DNA of 28,273 bases from Verrucomicrobiota bacterium (GCA_039798785.1 JBDKFG010000065.1:1-28273); one strand, 5' to 3'. Shown: positions 8,887-18,653, counted from the first letter of the stretch. A program made the numbers and translations. The notes: a model not told the origin generated them from the letters alone.

Positions 8887-9621
8887 TCAAGGTGCATCGC
8901 CGTCCTTGCGGCCATTCTCAGAGCACTGCTCGGGGAAGAAGACGATCTTGAGGTCTTTTCGCTTCTGTGGCAAGGACTGAATCAGAAAGACCAAGGGCGA
9001 AAAAATGCTCAACATGACAAAAACTGAGAGGGTCATGATCTTTTCGGTAAAAGGGTGGCGGATGCGTCGGCGGCTGATGACTTCAGACATCAGGGGTTTG
9101 AAGAAATGGGGGACGCGGCGGCGAGCTTGGCGAAGTTCCGCCCAAGACGTAAAGGGGCTGATGTGGGCAGCCGCTTCAACCGCGTCCTTCGTTCCTTGAA
9201 CACGCTGCGTCCAGGAGACGGCCCAGATCGCGAGGCCGAAGGGGAGGCCCAAGATGAGAAGATGATTGCCCCAGCCACTCGGCACAGCGATGGCGAGATA
9301 GATGCCAAGAAAGAGCAGAGCCAAGCACTGCGGCCAGCCCCAATCCCATTTGGAGGGACTCCATTGCACTTCGCAGCCGGATTCCAGGAGGAGCAGAAGT
9401 CGATGGAAGCTATCCCAGCTCTGTTTGTCCGCCAGGATCGAATGATCCTTCAGGTCGTCATAGCTGAACCAGAGGATCTTTGCGACGAGAAGGACGGTCT
9501 CGTCCCGGGTCGAATTTTGGATCTTATCCAAAGCATCATCAAGCTGGAAGGCCGTCAGGTCTTCCTGCAGATAGCCTCGAATCGCTTCGGCCAGGGCTGA
9601 TCGCGCCGCTGTATCGACCAT
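8887..9621 (-). CDS. Hypothetical membrane protein
   Basis: About 244 aa with three hydrophobic segments and a W..YDD motif. The start is uncertain (9621 or 9681). Confidence 0.65.
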   Translation of the reverse strand: MVDTAARSALAEAIRGYLQEDLTAFQLDDALDKIQNSTRDETVLLVAKILWFSYDDLKDHSILADKQSWDSFHRLLLLLESGCEVQWSPSKWDWGWPQCLALLFLGIYLAIAVPSGWGNHLLILGLPFGLAIWAVSWTQRVQGTKDAVEAAAHISPFTSWAELRQARRRVPHFFKPLMSEVISRRRIRHPFTEKIMTLSVFVMLSIFSPLVFLIQSLPQKRKDLKIVFFPEQCSENGRKDGDAP

Positions 9622-9724
9622 AGATTCTCGTGCCTGCTCATGATTGGCTTTGCTGGTCTGGCCGCGATCGCCGAATGACAATTTGGGCGAACGCAGTCAT
9701 GGCGCCTCCCCGGATCGCAATCCC

Positions 9725-9931
9725 TCAGGCCTTCGGCGCCGAGGGCGGGGCGAGCAGCGTCGCGTCCTTGATCAGGCGGCAGAACTCCTTCTTGGTGGCG
9801 CTGTGGTGGCTACCGTCGGCGCTGCTCAGGTCGGCCAGCTCCTTGTAATCGACGGCGAGGCGTTCGAGATGGACGATACGGAGGTAGGATTTGCCTTTTT
9901 GCCAGACTTGGCCTTGTTGCAACTTGATCAT
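9725..9931 (-). CDS. Small hypothetical protein (68 aa)
   Basis: RBS AAGGAAG before the ATG; globular-looking sequence QGQVW..RIVHLERLAVDYK..TKKEFCRL. Confidence 0.7.
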   Translation of the reverse strand: MIKLQQGQVWQKGKSYLRIVHLERLAVDYKELADLSSADGSHHSATKKEFCRLIKDATLLAPPSAPKA

Positions 9932-10057
9932 GGGTCTTCCTTGGCAGGTTGATTAGCGATTTCGGTTCGTGTTTGGTGAAGCTATCACCGCGCCGGGCTT
10001 TCGGCACCTCGGCTTGGGCCGCACCGGTGGAATTCACCGAAATCCCTCGCCAGCAGA

Positions 10058-10085
10058 TTGCCAAGAAGCGCTTTCCGGCTAAGTT
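10058..10085 (+). promoter_or_regulatory. Candidate sigma70 promoter for nadD-rsfS
   Basis: TTGCCA-N16-TAAGTT about 30 nt upstream of the nadD ATG. Confidence 0.3.
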
Positions 10086-10117
10086 GCGGCTCAAATTTTC
10101 CAGGAAAGATCTTTCAC

Positions 10118-11227
10118 ATGACTCCAAGCAGGACCTTACGGACTGCCGTCTTCGGCGGCACCTTCGACCCCATACACGACGGGCATCTCTCGCTGGCGCG
10201 GGAGATCCTCGATCACGGCTTGAGCGACGAAGTGTTCTTCGTCCCGGCCGGCAAGCCGCCCCACAAAAGCGAACGCAAGATCAGTTCCGGCAAGGTCCGC
10301 ACCGAGATGCTGATGAAGGCGATCGCCAACGAGCCGCGCTTCGCCGTCTCCGACTACGAGCTTGAGAACGAATACCGCACCTCCTACACCATCAGCACCC
10401 TGCGCGCCTTCAGCGCGGCGATGCCCGGCCGACGCTTCTCTCTGATGCTGGGAATGGACAACTTCATCGAATTCGACAGCTGGTATCAGTACGAACAGAT
10501 CCTGCGCGACTATCCGCTGATCGTCTTCTCACGTCCCGGCCACCGCAAAGCGGTGCGCAACTTCGTCATGGACAAGCTTCCGCCGACCTATGGATCCTCG
10601 CTGAGCCGGGTCGGGCTGCCTGAAGGGGGCATTCTCCGCCTTTTCGAGCAGCGCGGCTTCCAGATCGCGCTCTCCTCCTTCCTGTCGCAGCACGCCCAGG
10701 TAGTTTCGCCCGCCTATGATCTGCCCGTCGTACTTGATCGCGCCCGTTCCTTCGTCCAGCGCAATGCCGACCGCTGCCGCGACATCCACCTCGAAGATCT
10801 CCGCCAGTCCTTCATCAAGGCCGCTTGCGAACGCCGCAAGGGCGACGCCTTCGAGCTGCTCCGCCCGCTGTGCTCGGAAGACTGGAGCACCTTGCGCGAC
10901 AAGGTCGCCAACTTCATCGACAGCCTTGAAAGCCAGCTTCGCCCCGAGTTCATCCAGCGGGTGGAGAGCTCCGCCGCCCGTCAGCAGATCGACGAGCTCG
11001 AGAAGCTGCTGCTGCCGCTTCTCGGCCCGGAATACTTCAAGACCCGCGTCTCGCAGTTCTTCAACGCCCTGCTCGACTGCACCTTGATCACCTTCGTCGA
11101 CAGCGTCAATCTCGACCATTCCTCGACCGAGATCCGCCGCCTCGCCGCGGCCGGACAGGACGTCGCCGGCCTGACTCTCCCTGCCGTCGCCGAATACATC
11201 TCCCAAAACAAGCTTTACCAGAATTGA
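10118..11227 (+). CDS. nadD: Nicotinate-nucleotide adenylyltransferase with large internal insertion
   Basis: FGGTFDPIHDGH, PPHK, SYT..TL, LGMDN..W and SSTEIR..YI..NKLY; 369 aa; adjacent to rsfS as is commonly seen. Confidence 0.92.
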   Translation: MTPSRTLRTAVFGGTFDPIHDGHLSLAREILDHGLSDEVFFVPAGKPPHKSERKISSGKVRTEMLMKAIANEPRFAVSDYELENEYRTSYTISTLRAFSAAMPGRRFSLMLGMDNFIEFDSWYQYEQILRDYPLIVFSRPGHRKAVRNFVMDKLPPTYGSSLSRVGLPEGGILRLFEQRGFQIALSSFLSQHAQVVSPAYDLPVVLDRARSFVQRNADRCRDIHLEDLRQSFIKAACERRKGDAFELLRPLCSEDWSTLRDKVANFIDSLESQLRPEFIQRVESSAARQQIDELEKLLLPLLGPEYFKTRVSQFFNALLDCTLITFVDSVNLDHSSTEIRRLAAAGQDVAGLTLPAVAEYISQNKLYQN

Positions 11228-11237
11228 GAACACCCAA

Positions 11238-11687
11238 ATGAGTGAAGACCCCAGCATCCCCAGCGGCAGCTCCGCGGAAACCGCCAAGATCATCGCACGC
11301 GTCTGCGATGAGACCAAGGCTGTCGACATCAACGTCGTCGACATGACCGGCCGCTCCAGCCTCGCCGACTTCTTCATCGTCTGCACCGGCAACAGCGAAC
11401 CCCACCTGCGCGCCATCGCCGACCACGTCCGAGAAGTCCTGATCAAGCAAGGGCGCTATCCGCTCAACACCGACGGCGCGGCCGGAAACCAGTGGGTGGT
11501 GCAGGACTACGGATCCGTGATCCTGCACATCCTCAACCCCGACACCCGGCGCTACTACAACCTCGAATCTCTTTGGCGGAGCAGCCGCGACGACCAGCCG
11601 AGCACCTGGCTCTGTCCCGACTCGGAGATCCTCCTCGACGAGCCGATGGGCCGCCGTCCGCCGCCGAAACGCCCCGGCAGCCGCTGA
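11238..11687 (+). CDS. rsfS: Ribosome silencing factor (Iojap)
   Basis: KAVDI..D...LADFFIVCTGNS, WVVQDYG.VILHI...R.YYNLESLW. Confidence 0.93.
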   Translation: MSEDPSIPSGSSAETAKIIARVCDETKAVDINVVDMTGRSSLADFFIVCTGNSEPHLRAIADHVREVLIKQGRYPLNTDGAAGNQWVVQDYGSVILHILNPDTRRYYNLESLWRSSRDDQPSTWLCPDSEILLDEPMGRRPPPKRPGSR

Positions 11688-11696
11688 ACCCCTTCG

Positions 11697-11724
11697 AAAA
11701 AAGCCGCCCACGCCGGGCGGCTTT
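11697..11724. terminator. Rho-independent terminator between convergent rsfS and the kinase gene
   Basis: AAAGCCGCCC-ACGCC-GGGCGGCTTT, with an A-tract on the left that is a U-tract for the minus strand. Confidence 0.75.
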
Positions 11725-11734
11725 GCGATTCTCC

Positions 11735-13123
11735 TCAGGGACCGATCTCGAGTAGGGGACGGCGTTCCGCACAGTCGAGAAGATGAGAATCCGGACTGCT
11801 GATGACGAGGCGGATTCTGCCATCGTAACGCGGCTGCAAGGGCCGCGGAATGGCGATGCTCAACCACTCGCCTGAGTGGCCGCCCGGGGACTTGGCGACG
11901 AGCATTCCATCAGCGTCTTTGACGGTCAGTTCGGCGCCGCCTGCATGCTTGACGAAGAGCTTCAGGACGTAGGGCTTCTGACTTACTGGCGGCAAACCTG
12001 AAAAATCGAGGCAGGCCTTGATGCCGGGATTGACGGAAGGCCCAAAGCTCTCGGCCTCGAATTGGCGGATTTCCGTGCCGTTCCTCTCCATCATCAGGCA
12101 TTTCTCCGCGGTGAGAACGATGGCCTCAGGCTTCTTCTCCCGCACTGTAGGCGCGGCGACGAGAAAAAACAGCAATCCGGCGGCGAGACCGGCAAAGGCC
12201 AGACCGGCTTTATAAGCGCCGGAGCGAGGGGTCTCGCCGCGCTTGAAGATGCGGTTGGGAGAAGCGGGACGCGGACGGAAGCGGGCCTCGCCCGACTGCT
12301 GCAGATGGGAGATCTCTTGAATCAGTTCCGGCCAAGTGGAAAAACGTTCGTCGGGCGATTTCGCCAGCATCCTGGCGGCGAAAACGGAGAGGGCGGACGA
12401 GCAGGGAATGAGGTCAATGAGAGGTTCGGGTTGACGATAGAGATGCATCTGCAGCACCTCTTTGTAGGACGAACCCTCGAAGACCGGTCTCCCCGTCACG
12501 AGATAGTAGAAGGTCGCCCCGAGTGAATAGATGTCAGCTCGGGGGTCTCCCGGGCACCACTTGCCGGAGATCACTTCCGGGGCGGCGAAATCGGGCGTGA
12601 GATCGATACCTTCGGAACTGTAGTTATCACCGCTCATCCGGGCAAGACCTAGGTCAGCCAGCTTGGGCTTGCCGTCAAGAGTGAGGAGGATGTTGGCGGG
12701 CTTGATGTCCCCATGAGTCAAACCCCGGAAGAGGAAGCCGTGAGCCAGGCCTTCGGCGACAGCCCGGATGATCTCCAGAGCCCGTGCGGGTTTGAGACGC
12801 CCTTCACGGGCGACGAGCTGCCGGCAGTCGCCGCCGTCGACCAGCTCCATGGCGAGGAAATGATAGCCGTCGGCGACACCGACATCGAAAGCCTGGACGA
12901 TGCTGACGTGATTGATGGCGGCGGCGGAGCGGGCTTCCCGGAAGAAGCCGCGGACGAAGTCGGGATCAGCCGCGACTTCGGGGTACAGGATCTTCAGGGC
13001 GACAAGACGCTTGAGGGAAATCTGGTGAGCCTTGTAGACCTCCCCAGTGTTTCCTTTGGAGAGGTAGGAGATGACTTCGAATCCGGCGATCTGAGTCCCC
13101 GGGCTGATCCGGCCGTTTTTCAT
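11735..13123 (-). CDS. Membrane-anchored Hanks-type Ser/Thr protein kinase
   Basis: VALK, HGDIKPAN, DLG, APE and DIYSLG motifs; TM AGLAFAGLAAGLLFFLVAA; beta-rich C-terminal domain. The ATG at 13123 overlaps the upstream TGA (TGATG); an alternative start is at 13141. Confidence 0.9.
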   Translation of the reverse strand: MKNGRISPGTQIAGFEVISYLSKGNTGEVYKAHQISLKRLVALKILYPEVAADPDFVRGFFREARSAAAINHVSIVQAFDVGVADGYHFLAMELVDGGDCRQLVAREGRLKPARALEIIRAVAEGLAHGFLFRGLTHGDIKPANILLTLDGKPKLADLGLARMSGDNYSSEGIDLTPDFAAPEVISGKWCPGDPRADIYSLGATFYYLVTGRPVFEGSSYKEVLQMHLYRQPEPLIDLIPCSSALSVFAARMLAKSPDERFSTWPELIQEISHLQQSGEARFRPRPASPNRIFKRGETPRSGAYKAGLAFAGLAAGLLFFLVAAPTVREKKPEAIVLTAEKCLMMERNGTEIRQFEAESFGPSVNPGIKACLDFSGLPPVSQKPYVLKLFVKHAGGAELTVKDADGMLVAKSPGGHSGEWLSIAIPRPLQPRYDGRIRLVISSPDSHLLDCAERRPLLEIGP

Positions 13124-16100
13124 CAGGGACTCAGCTTCCATTTCTTTTTCAGGAAAGCCTCGATCTTCTTTTGCGTCACTTCATCCGGCACGACCTTCAA
13201 TCCGAGCAACTGGTGGATTTTGAAGCCGCGTCCGAGGACCAAATCATTGCCCTTGAGTGCATCGGGCAAGCCACTGGCGCCGCTTGCCTGTCCCTCGCCG
13301 CAGAGATCAGCCAAAATCATCTGATTGCTTTTGTACCGCACCTTGATCAGCGACTTGGAGGCGATCTTGTTCTCGAAGGGACGGTAGGCACCTCCCTCGA
13401 CGACGACCAGCCTCCCTTCGATATGGTCGAGGAAGAATCTCGGAGTCATGCCGTCACGGACAGAGAGAATGCGGCTGCCTCCCTCCACATTCTCGGCCAC
13501 CATCCAGAGGATGAATTCACCAGTCTCGGCATGAGTCTTACCGACATTCTGGCCATTGGCATCAGTCTCATCGAGCTTAAAATCAGCCTGGGCGATGACT
13601 TTCTCGACGACGGCATCGGGACCGAAGCTGAGCAGGGTGGTGGCGAAGTCGTTGCCTGCGGCCTCCGTCGCTGCGGCTGATGCGAGGCCGGCTCGCAGCA
13701 GAAGCAGTGTCTTGCAGGCCTGAGTGGCCTTCACCTTTTTCAATCGTTCCTCGATTTCGACCGGGGCGAGGCGGCTGTAAGGGAGATCCATGGTGGTGAC
13801 CTCCTTGGTACCGTTCATCTTCTTGCCGGTCCAGGTCAGTGTCTTCGGCTCATAGCGGAAGGGCTTGAATTCGAGCTTGACATCGCCGTTAAGTGAGAGA
13901 GTGACGGGGCGCCCCAGGGACATAGTCTTCATCAAGGCATGGACCGCCAATTTTTCCTCTGCGACCAGCTTGAGGCACTCGGCGCGGAAGGGGATGGAGT
14001 CAGGTAGAGACTTCAAGGCTGCAAGAGCGCTGTCGCTGCGGCCGTCGACCAGTGCCTCCAAGGGGGCATTGAGTTTCACCGTCTGCTCCTGGAGCGCCTT
14101 GAGGCGAGCCTGGCGCTCCTGTTCGGCGAGAGCGGCGGCCTTGGCGGCGGCTTCCGCGGCGAGACTGGAACGGATCTCCTCGACCTGCTTCTTCCAGGAA
14201 GCGACGCCGCTGGGCTGCACCGCCGCCCATCCCTCCACCACCTGTGCTTCGGGGCCGCCTGAAGCGGCGAGAGTGAAGGATGGAGCCAGGTCGTCGGGAG
14301 GGTGCACCCCCTGGATCTCTGCGTAGCTCAGGCCGGAGTCAAGCAGTGCATCGACCGGGCAGGCCTTGGAGAGGGCGAGTGCTTGGGCAGGACTCAGCGG
14401 CGCTTCCAAAATGCGGGCTCGATGCAAGGCTCCTTTCAAGGCCGGGGCGGATTTCTGATTGCTGTCGCGGAAGGCGCCGATGGCCAAAGGGCCGGAAGGG
14501 ATGTTCGGGATCGAGTCGATCTGGAGGCTTTGCGCTTCCCCCTGGGAACAGAGCCACGCCTTGCGCCCGGCCGGATCCCATGAGAAGACAATCCGCTGCC
14601 ATTTCCCTTTGCGCAGCGGAAGAGCCGCGCTTTTCTGGCCGGGAGCCTCAAGGAAGACGCCGCGGCTGTCGCTGCCGATTCGGAACCCGGCCACCAGCTG
14701 CTTATTGGTTTCGCTGCAGAGGGAGAACAAGGCAGATCCCGAGACGCAGTCGTCAATCCGGACCACGAGATCGAAGGTGAAGCCCTTGGGGGGCAGATCA
14801 TATTTCTCGATGCGGAAGCAGACGCCGCTGTCGGAAGACAGGCTGGATCCGTTGCGGACGGCCTTCCCTTCGACCGCGATGTCCGCCTCGCCGAAACGCC
14901 AGTCAGACTTGGCGGCAGGCAGCCGGCTGCCGAGGCAGGCGCTGACCAAGCGTGGTTTGTTCCGGCCCTTGAGAGTCAAGGACGTGGTACCCGGTTTCAA
15001 GCTGGAAAGGTCAAAGTCGTAGACCAAGAGCTGCCGATCGTAGAGGCTGATAGGTTCGCGGAGCTGGGCCAGGGCGCCACCGCTGCGGTTGTCGATCACC
15101 TCCCTGAGCTGTGACTGCATGAGCAGCTTCAGCACAGGCGAAGCCAACCCCTCCTTCGGGATCTGGATTTTCAGCTGGATGTCACTGCCGCCTTTCGCTT
15201 CGAAGAACTGGGCGATGTAGGCCGGGAACTTCCTGGTGCTCCGCTCGTGATCGAGCTCCGAGACGGATCCGAGACCGAGAGGGACTCCTTCGGTGAGTTC
15301 GGAGAGAGCAAAGAAGAACCCCATGTGTGTCTTCTTTTCGGCATCGTCAAGCTTCAGCTGGGCGCTTTTGCCGCCGTTCTGGCTGAGCTGGATCTCCGGG
15401 CTGCTGGAATAGTTGCTGCCATCATGCCAGAAGACCAGTCGGACGTCGGCGCCGAAAGTCAGCCCATCAGGGAGCTTGGTGATCTGGCCGGCACCGCTCG
15501 GCTCGGAGAACTTCTCCGCATCCTTGGCCAGTTCTCGGACGAGAATGTCACGGGTGCCGGCCTTGAGATCGATCACCACCGGCACTCCGGAGCCCTTGGT
15601 TCTGGTCTGGCTCATCTCGATCTGCCGGCGCAGGAGTTTGCCGCCGTCGGCAAGACCGAGGACTGACGGAAGCGACTGGACCGCGACAGGCGCGGAACTT
15701 GTCGCCGGGGAGGCGCCGGCGGGAGCGCCCGTGGCGCCTGCCGGGGGCTGCACGGCCGGCTTGCCGCCGGAGAGCATCATACCGCCGATGGCGAGGGCGG
15801 CGACACCGACGACTCCGGCACCGATGTAGAGCCCTTTCTTGCTGGATGCAGCGGCAAGAGCCTCCTGCTGCTCTTTCGCGGCCTGGTAGCGAGAAGTGGT
15901 GGAGCTGGCGGCGAAGTTGAGCTTGCGGCCACCCGATTGCTGACCCTGGCTGCCGATGCGGGCGACGCCACGGGAGTTGTCTTTAACCGCCTTGTCCGAG
16001 ACGATCATGTCCTTCAGAGTCTGGGTCTCCTGCATTTGGCCGTCGGCGACGCGGAGGAAGAAGGGAGTTGTGGGCAAACCGGAGGCGAGGAGGTTGCGGC

Positions 16101-16764
16101 GGAAACCCTGGATGTCGAAAGGCACCTGACGGAAGATCACCTTGCGCAGATCGTGATCGTAAATGACATAGCTGGCGGCGACGCGTCCGTCGCGGGGGTC
16201 GCCGACCGAACCGGCATTGACCAGGAAGCGGCTGCCCGGAGTGATGGTGAAGTCCTGGCCGGGCTTCTTCCGCAGGTTGCTGTCCTGATCTAGCTCGAAA
16301 TAGCAGGGAAGGTGTGTGTGGCCGACAAACATCAGCGGCTGGGTGACGGCCTGGAAGCTGGCCACCGCGTCGGGAGAGTCATAAATATAATTGAAGCGTC
16401 CGGGAGTGGCCAGTTCGGCGTGGGCGCAGAGAAAGTCGTCACCTTCCATCACCAAAGGCATGTCGGCGAAATAGGCCGAGGCGTCATCGGAAAGCTGCTT
16501 TTGCGTCCACTCGATGATCATCTTGGCGTTGTCATTGAACAGCTCCTTGTCGAGCCGCCCGGCGATCACCGCGTCGTGGTTGCCGAGAATGCAGCCGTTG
16601 AGTCGACCGTAAGCGCTCTCCATCACTTCCGCGGGATTGGGACCGTAACCGACGACGTCGCCTAGACAGAGGATCTGACTACATCCCATCTTGTCTATAT
16701 CCTTGAGAACAGCCTCCCAAGCCTGGATGTTGGCGTGGATGTCGGTGACGATGGCGCTGCGCAT
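13123..16764 (-). CDS. Calcineurin-like metallophosphoesterase fused to a TM helix and a large region containing a LamG-like domain
   Basis: DIHAN, GDVVGYG, GNHD, GHTH and NAGSVG motifs; TM at about aa 312-332; Pro/Ala linker; LamG-like segment (FTFDLVVRID..GKWQRIVFSWD..LAIGA..GALHRARI..PLSPAQ). Confidence 0.85.
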   Translation of the reverse strand: MRSAIVTDIHANIQAWEAVLKDIDKMGCSQILCLGDVVGYGPNPAEVMESAYGRLNGCILGNHDAVIAGRLDKELFNDNAKMIIEWTQKQLSDDASAYFADMPLVMEGDDFLCAHAELATPGRFNYIYDSPDAVASFQAVTQPLMFVGHTHLPCYFELDQDSNLRKKPGQDFTITPGSRFLVNAGSVGDPRDGRVAASYVIYDHDLRKVIFRQVPFDIQGFRRNLLASGLPTTPFFLRVADGQMQETQTLKDMIVSDKAVKDNSRGVARIGSQGQQSGGRKLNFAASSTTSRYQAAKEQQEALAAASSKKGLYIGAGVVGVAALAIGGMMLSGGKPAVQPPAGATGAPAGASPATSSAPVAVQSLPSVLGLADGGKLLRRQIEMSQTRTKGSGVPVVIDLKAGTRDILVRELAKDAEKFSEPSGAGQITKLPDGLTFGADVRLVFWHDGSNYSSSPEIQLSQNGGKSAQLKLDDAEKKTHMGFFFALSELTEGVPLGLGSVSELDHERSTRKFPAYIAQFFEAKGGSDIQLKIQIPKEGLASPVLKLLMQSQLREVIDNRSGGALAQLREPISLYDRQLLVYDFDLSSLKPGTTSLTLKGRNKPRLVSACLGSRLPAAKSDWRFGEADIAVEGKAVRNGSSLSSDSGVCFRIEKYDLPPKGFTFDLVVRIDDCVSGSALFSLCSETNKQLVAGFRIGSDSRGVFLEAPGQKSAALPLRKGKWQRIVFSWDPAGRKAWLCSQGEAQSLQIDSIPNIPSGPLAIGAFRDSNQKSAPALKGALHRARILEAPLSPAQALALSKACPVDALLDSGLSYAEIQGVHPPDDLAPSFTLAASGGPEAQVVEGWAAVQPSGVASWKKQVEEIRSSLAAEAAAKAAALAEQERQARLKALQEQTVKLNAPLEALVDGRSDSALAALKSLPDSIPFRAECLKLVAEEKLAVHALMKTMSLGRPVTLSLNGDVKLEFKPFRYEPKTLTWTGKKMNGTKEVTTMDLPYSRLAPVEIEERLKKVKATQACKTLLLLRAGLASAAATEAAGNDFATTLLSFGPDAVVEKVIAQADFKLDETDANGQNVGKTHAETGEFILWMVAENVEGGSRILSVRDGMTPRFFLDHIEGRLVVVEGGAYRPFENKIASKSLIKVRYKSNQMILADLCGEGQASGASGLPDALKGNDLVLGRGFKIHQLLGLKVVPDEVTQKKIEAFLKKKWKLSP

Positions 16765-16831
16765 GACGATTTTCCTCGGCGGGATTTCCCTAATTATAAC
16801 ACTGAAGGAGAAGAGAGTGCCAGTGCTTTCT

Positions 16832-17569
16832 TCAAACGCCGCCTCGCCCGAGGCATTTCAGGTAGCCCCGAATCGTCGTCTCCATCCCTTGGTAGAGCAT
16901 TTCGGCGACCAGGGCGTGACCGATCGAAACCTCCTCGATGGCGGGAATGCGCTTGACCAGATAAGCGAGATTTTCCTGGCTGAGGTCATGGCCGGCGTTG
17001 ACCCCTAGCCCGGCGGCGGCGGCGGCGGCGGCGGTGGCGGCGTAGCCTGCGGTGACCGCATCGCGCTGGGCGCCGGGATAGCTTTCCGCGAAGGCCTGGG
17101 TGTAGAGCTCGATCCGGTCGCAGCCGGTGGCGGCGGCAAAGGGGACTTGCGCCGGATCGGGATCGAGGAAGAGCGAGACGCGGATCCCTGCAGCCTTCAA
17201 GCGGGCGACGACGCCGCTCAGGAACTGCTCCTCGTGGCGGCAATCCCAACCGTGGTCGCTGGTCAACTGGCCGGGCTTGTCCGGCACCAGTGTGGCTTGT
17301 GCCGGACGGACTTCCAGAACCATCTGCAGGAAGCGCTCGTCGGGATAGCCCTCGATGTTCAGCTCGACGCCAAGCGGAGTCAAGGCAGCCTTGAGCTCAT
17401 AAGCGTCGCTGTAGCGGATGTGGCGCTGGTCGGGACGGGGATGGATGGTGATGCCATCGGCGCCGGACTTCAGGCAGTCGAGGGAGAATTGCAGGACATG
17501 GGGGACCTGGCCGCCCCGCGAATTGCGCAGAAGAGCGATTTTATTGACGTTGACGCTGAGCTTGGTCAT
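16832..17569 (-). CDS. pdxJ: Pyridoxine 5'-phosphate synthase
   Basis: LSVNVNKIALLRNSR, ITIHPRPDQRHI, NIEG, TLVPD, NAGHDL, EVSIGH. Confidence 0.97.
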   Translation of the reverse strand: MTKLSVNVNKIALLRNSRGGQVPHVLQFSLDCLKSGADGITIHPRPDQRHIRYSDAYELKAALTPLGVELNIEGYPDERFLQMVLEVRPAQATLVPDKPGQLTSDHGWDCRHEEQFLSGVVARLKAAGIRVSLFLDPDPAQVPFAAATGCDRIELYTQAFAESYPGAQRDAVTAGYAATAAAAAAAGLGVNAGHDLSQENLAYLVKRIPAIEEVSIGHALVAEMLYQGMETTIRGYLKCLGRGGV

Positions 17570-17726
17570 GAGAGCCTCTGGGTTGTCGGCGAAGATAATC
17601 CTTCACCTGCAGGGTGCAATCTCCATGCGGCGTCCTGGGCCAGCACGGACAGTGAGGCGCTTTGGATCTTTGGATCTCGCAAAAAATCGCTTTCGGATCT
17701 AAGCTTGTCATGGAGCAAAAAGGAGC

Positions 17727-18653
17727 GTGATGGCGGTCGATCTCAACTATTGGCACGAAGAGGATGGCAGCCTCTGCCTTGACCTCAGCGGCCGCCGTGC
17801 GGAGCGCTGGCTGTCGGCTCTCGGTGCCTTGCGGATCCCTTCCAGCCTGGGGGAGTCCCGGGGGCTGCAAGTCTTGCGGGTGGCTCCGGACTGGGCGGAG
17901 TCGGCGCTGGCGGAAATCCGAAGGCTGGAGATGGACCTCAATTCCAGCCGCTGGCAGAAGCTGCGCCAGCGCCGCAGCGACCGGGTGCAGGAGGCTCCTC
18001 TCGCCGGGCCGGTCTGGGTGGCGGTGGTCAGCGCCCTGCTGATCATCCACCTGATGGTCGGGGACATCCGCCAGAATCACGAAGTCTTCACCCGTGCCGA
18101 CGTCGCCGCCGGAGCCGTCCAGGCGGGAGACTGGTGGCGCTGCATCACGGCCTTGTGCCTGCATGCCGACCTGTCGCACTGGGCTGGCAACACCGCCGGC
18201 TTCCTGTTTTTCGGCTACGCCTTGTCCCGCCAGGCGGGCGAAGGAGTGGCGGCGCTGCTGGTCCTTCTCGCCGGATTTCTCGGCAACCTCAGCAATTCCT
18301 GGCTGCACGGCTTCGAGCACCGCTGCATCGGCGCCTCGACCGCCACCTTCGCCATCATCGGACTCCTTTGCGCCTCATCGTACGTCCGCCGTCATCAAGG
18401 CGGCGAAGGCTGGCGATCCTGGACCCTGCCGATCCTGGTCGCTGTCGCGATGTTCTTTCTCACCGGCATCGGCCCGGGCATCGATGTCGGCGCGCACGCG
18501 CTCGGAATGATCTGGGGCGCCATCCTCGGCCGTCTCAGCGCCCCCTGGTGGCCGCGCGCCGCGGTGATGATCTGGCCGCAGGCGGCGGCCCTGATCAGCG
18601 CCGCCCTGCTTCTGAAGATCGCCTGGACCTGTGCGGGAGGACTTCCCGCATGA
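17727..18653 (+). CDS. Rhomboid-family intramembrane serine protease
   Basis: WWR, LHADLSHWAGN, catalytic GAST and AHALG; multiple TM helices. Confidence 0.9.
   Translation: MMAVDLNYWHEEDGSLCLDLSGRRAERWLSALGALRIPSSLGESRGLQVLRVAPDWAESALAEIRRLEMDLNSSRWQKLRQRRSDRVQEAPLAGPVWVAVVSALLIIHLMVGDIRQNHEVFTRADVAAGAVQAGDWWRCITALCLHADLSHWAGNTAGFLFFGYALSRQAGEGVAALLVLLAGFLGNLSNSWLHGFEHRCIGASTATFAIIGLLCASSYVRRHQGGEGWRSWTLPILVAVAMFFLTGIGPGIDVGAHALGMIWGAILGRLSAPWWPRAAVMIWPQAAALISAALLLKIAWTCAGGLPA

Noticed and set aside
10541..11083. NadD insertion as an intein
   Set aside because: No N-terminal Cys/Ser block, no His-Asn-Cys/Ser/Thr terminus, no LAGLIDADG motif.
17010..17042. GGC run
   Set aside because: A poly-Ala stretch within pdxJ, not an independent element.
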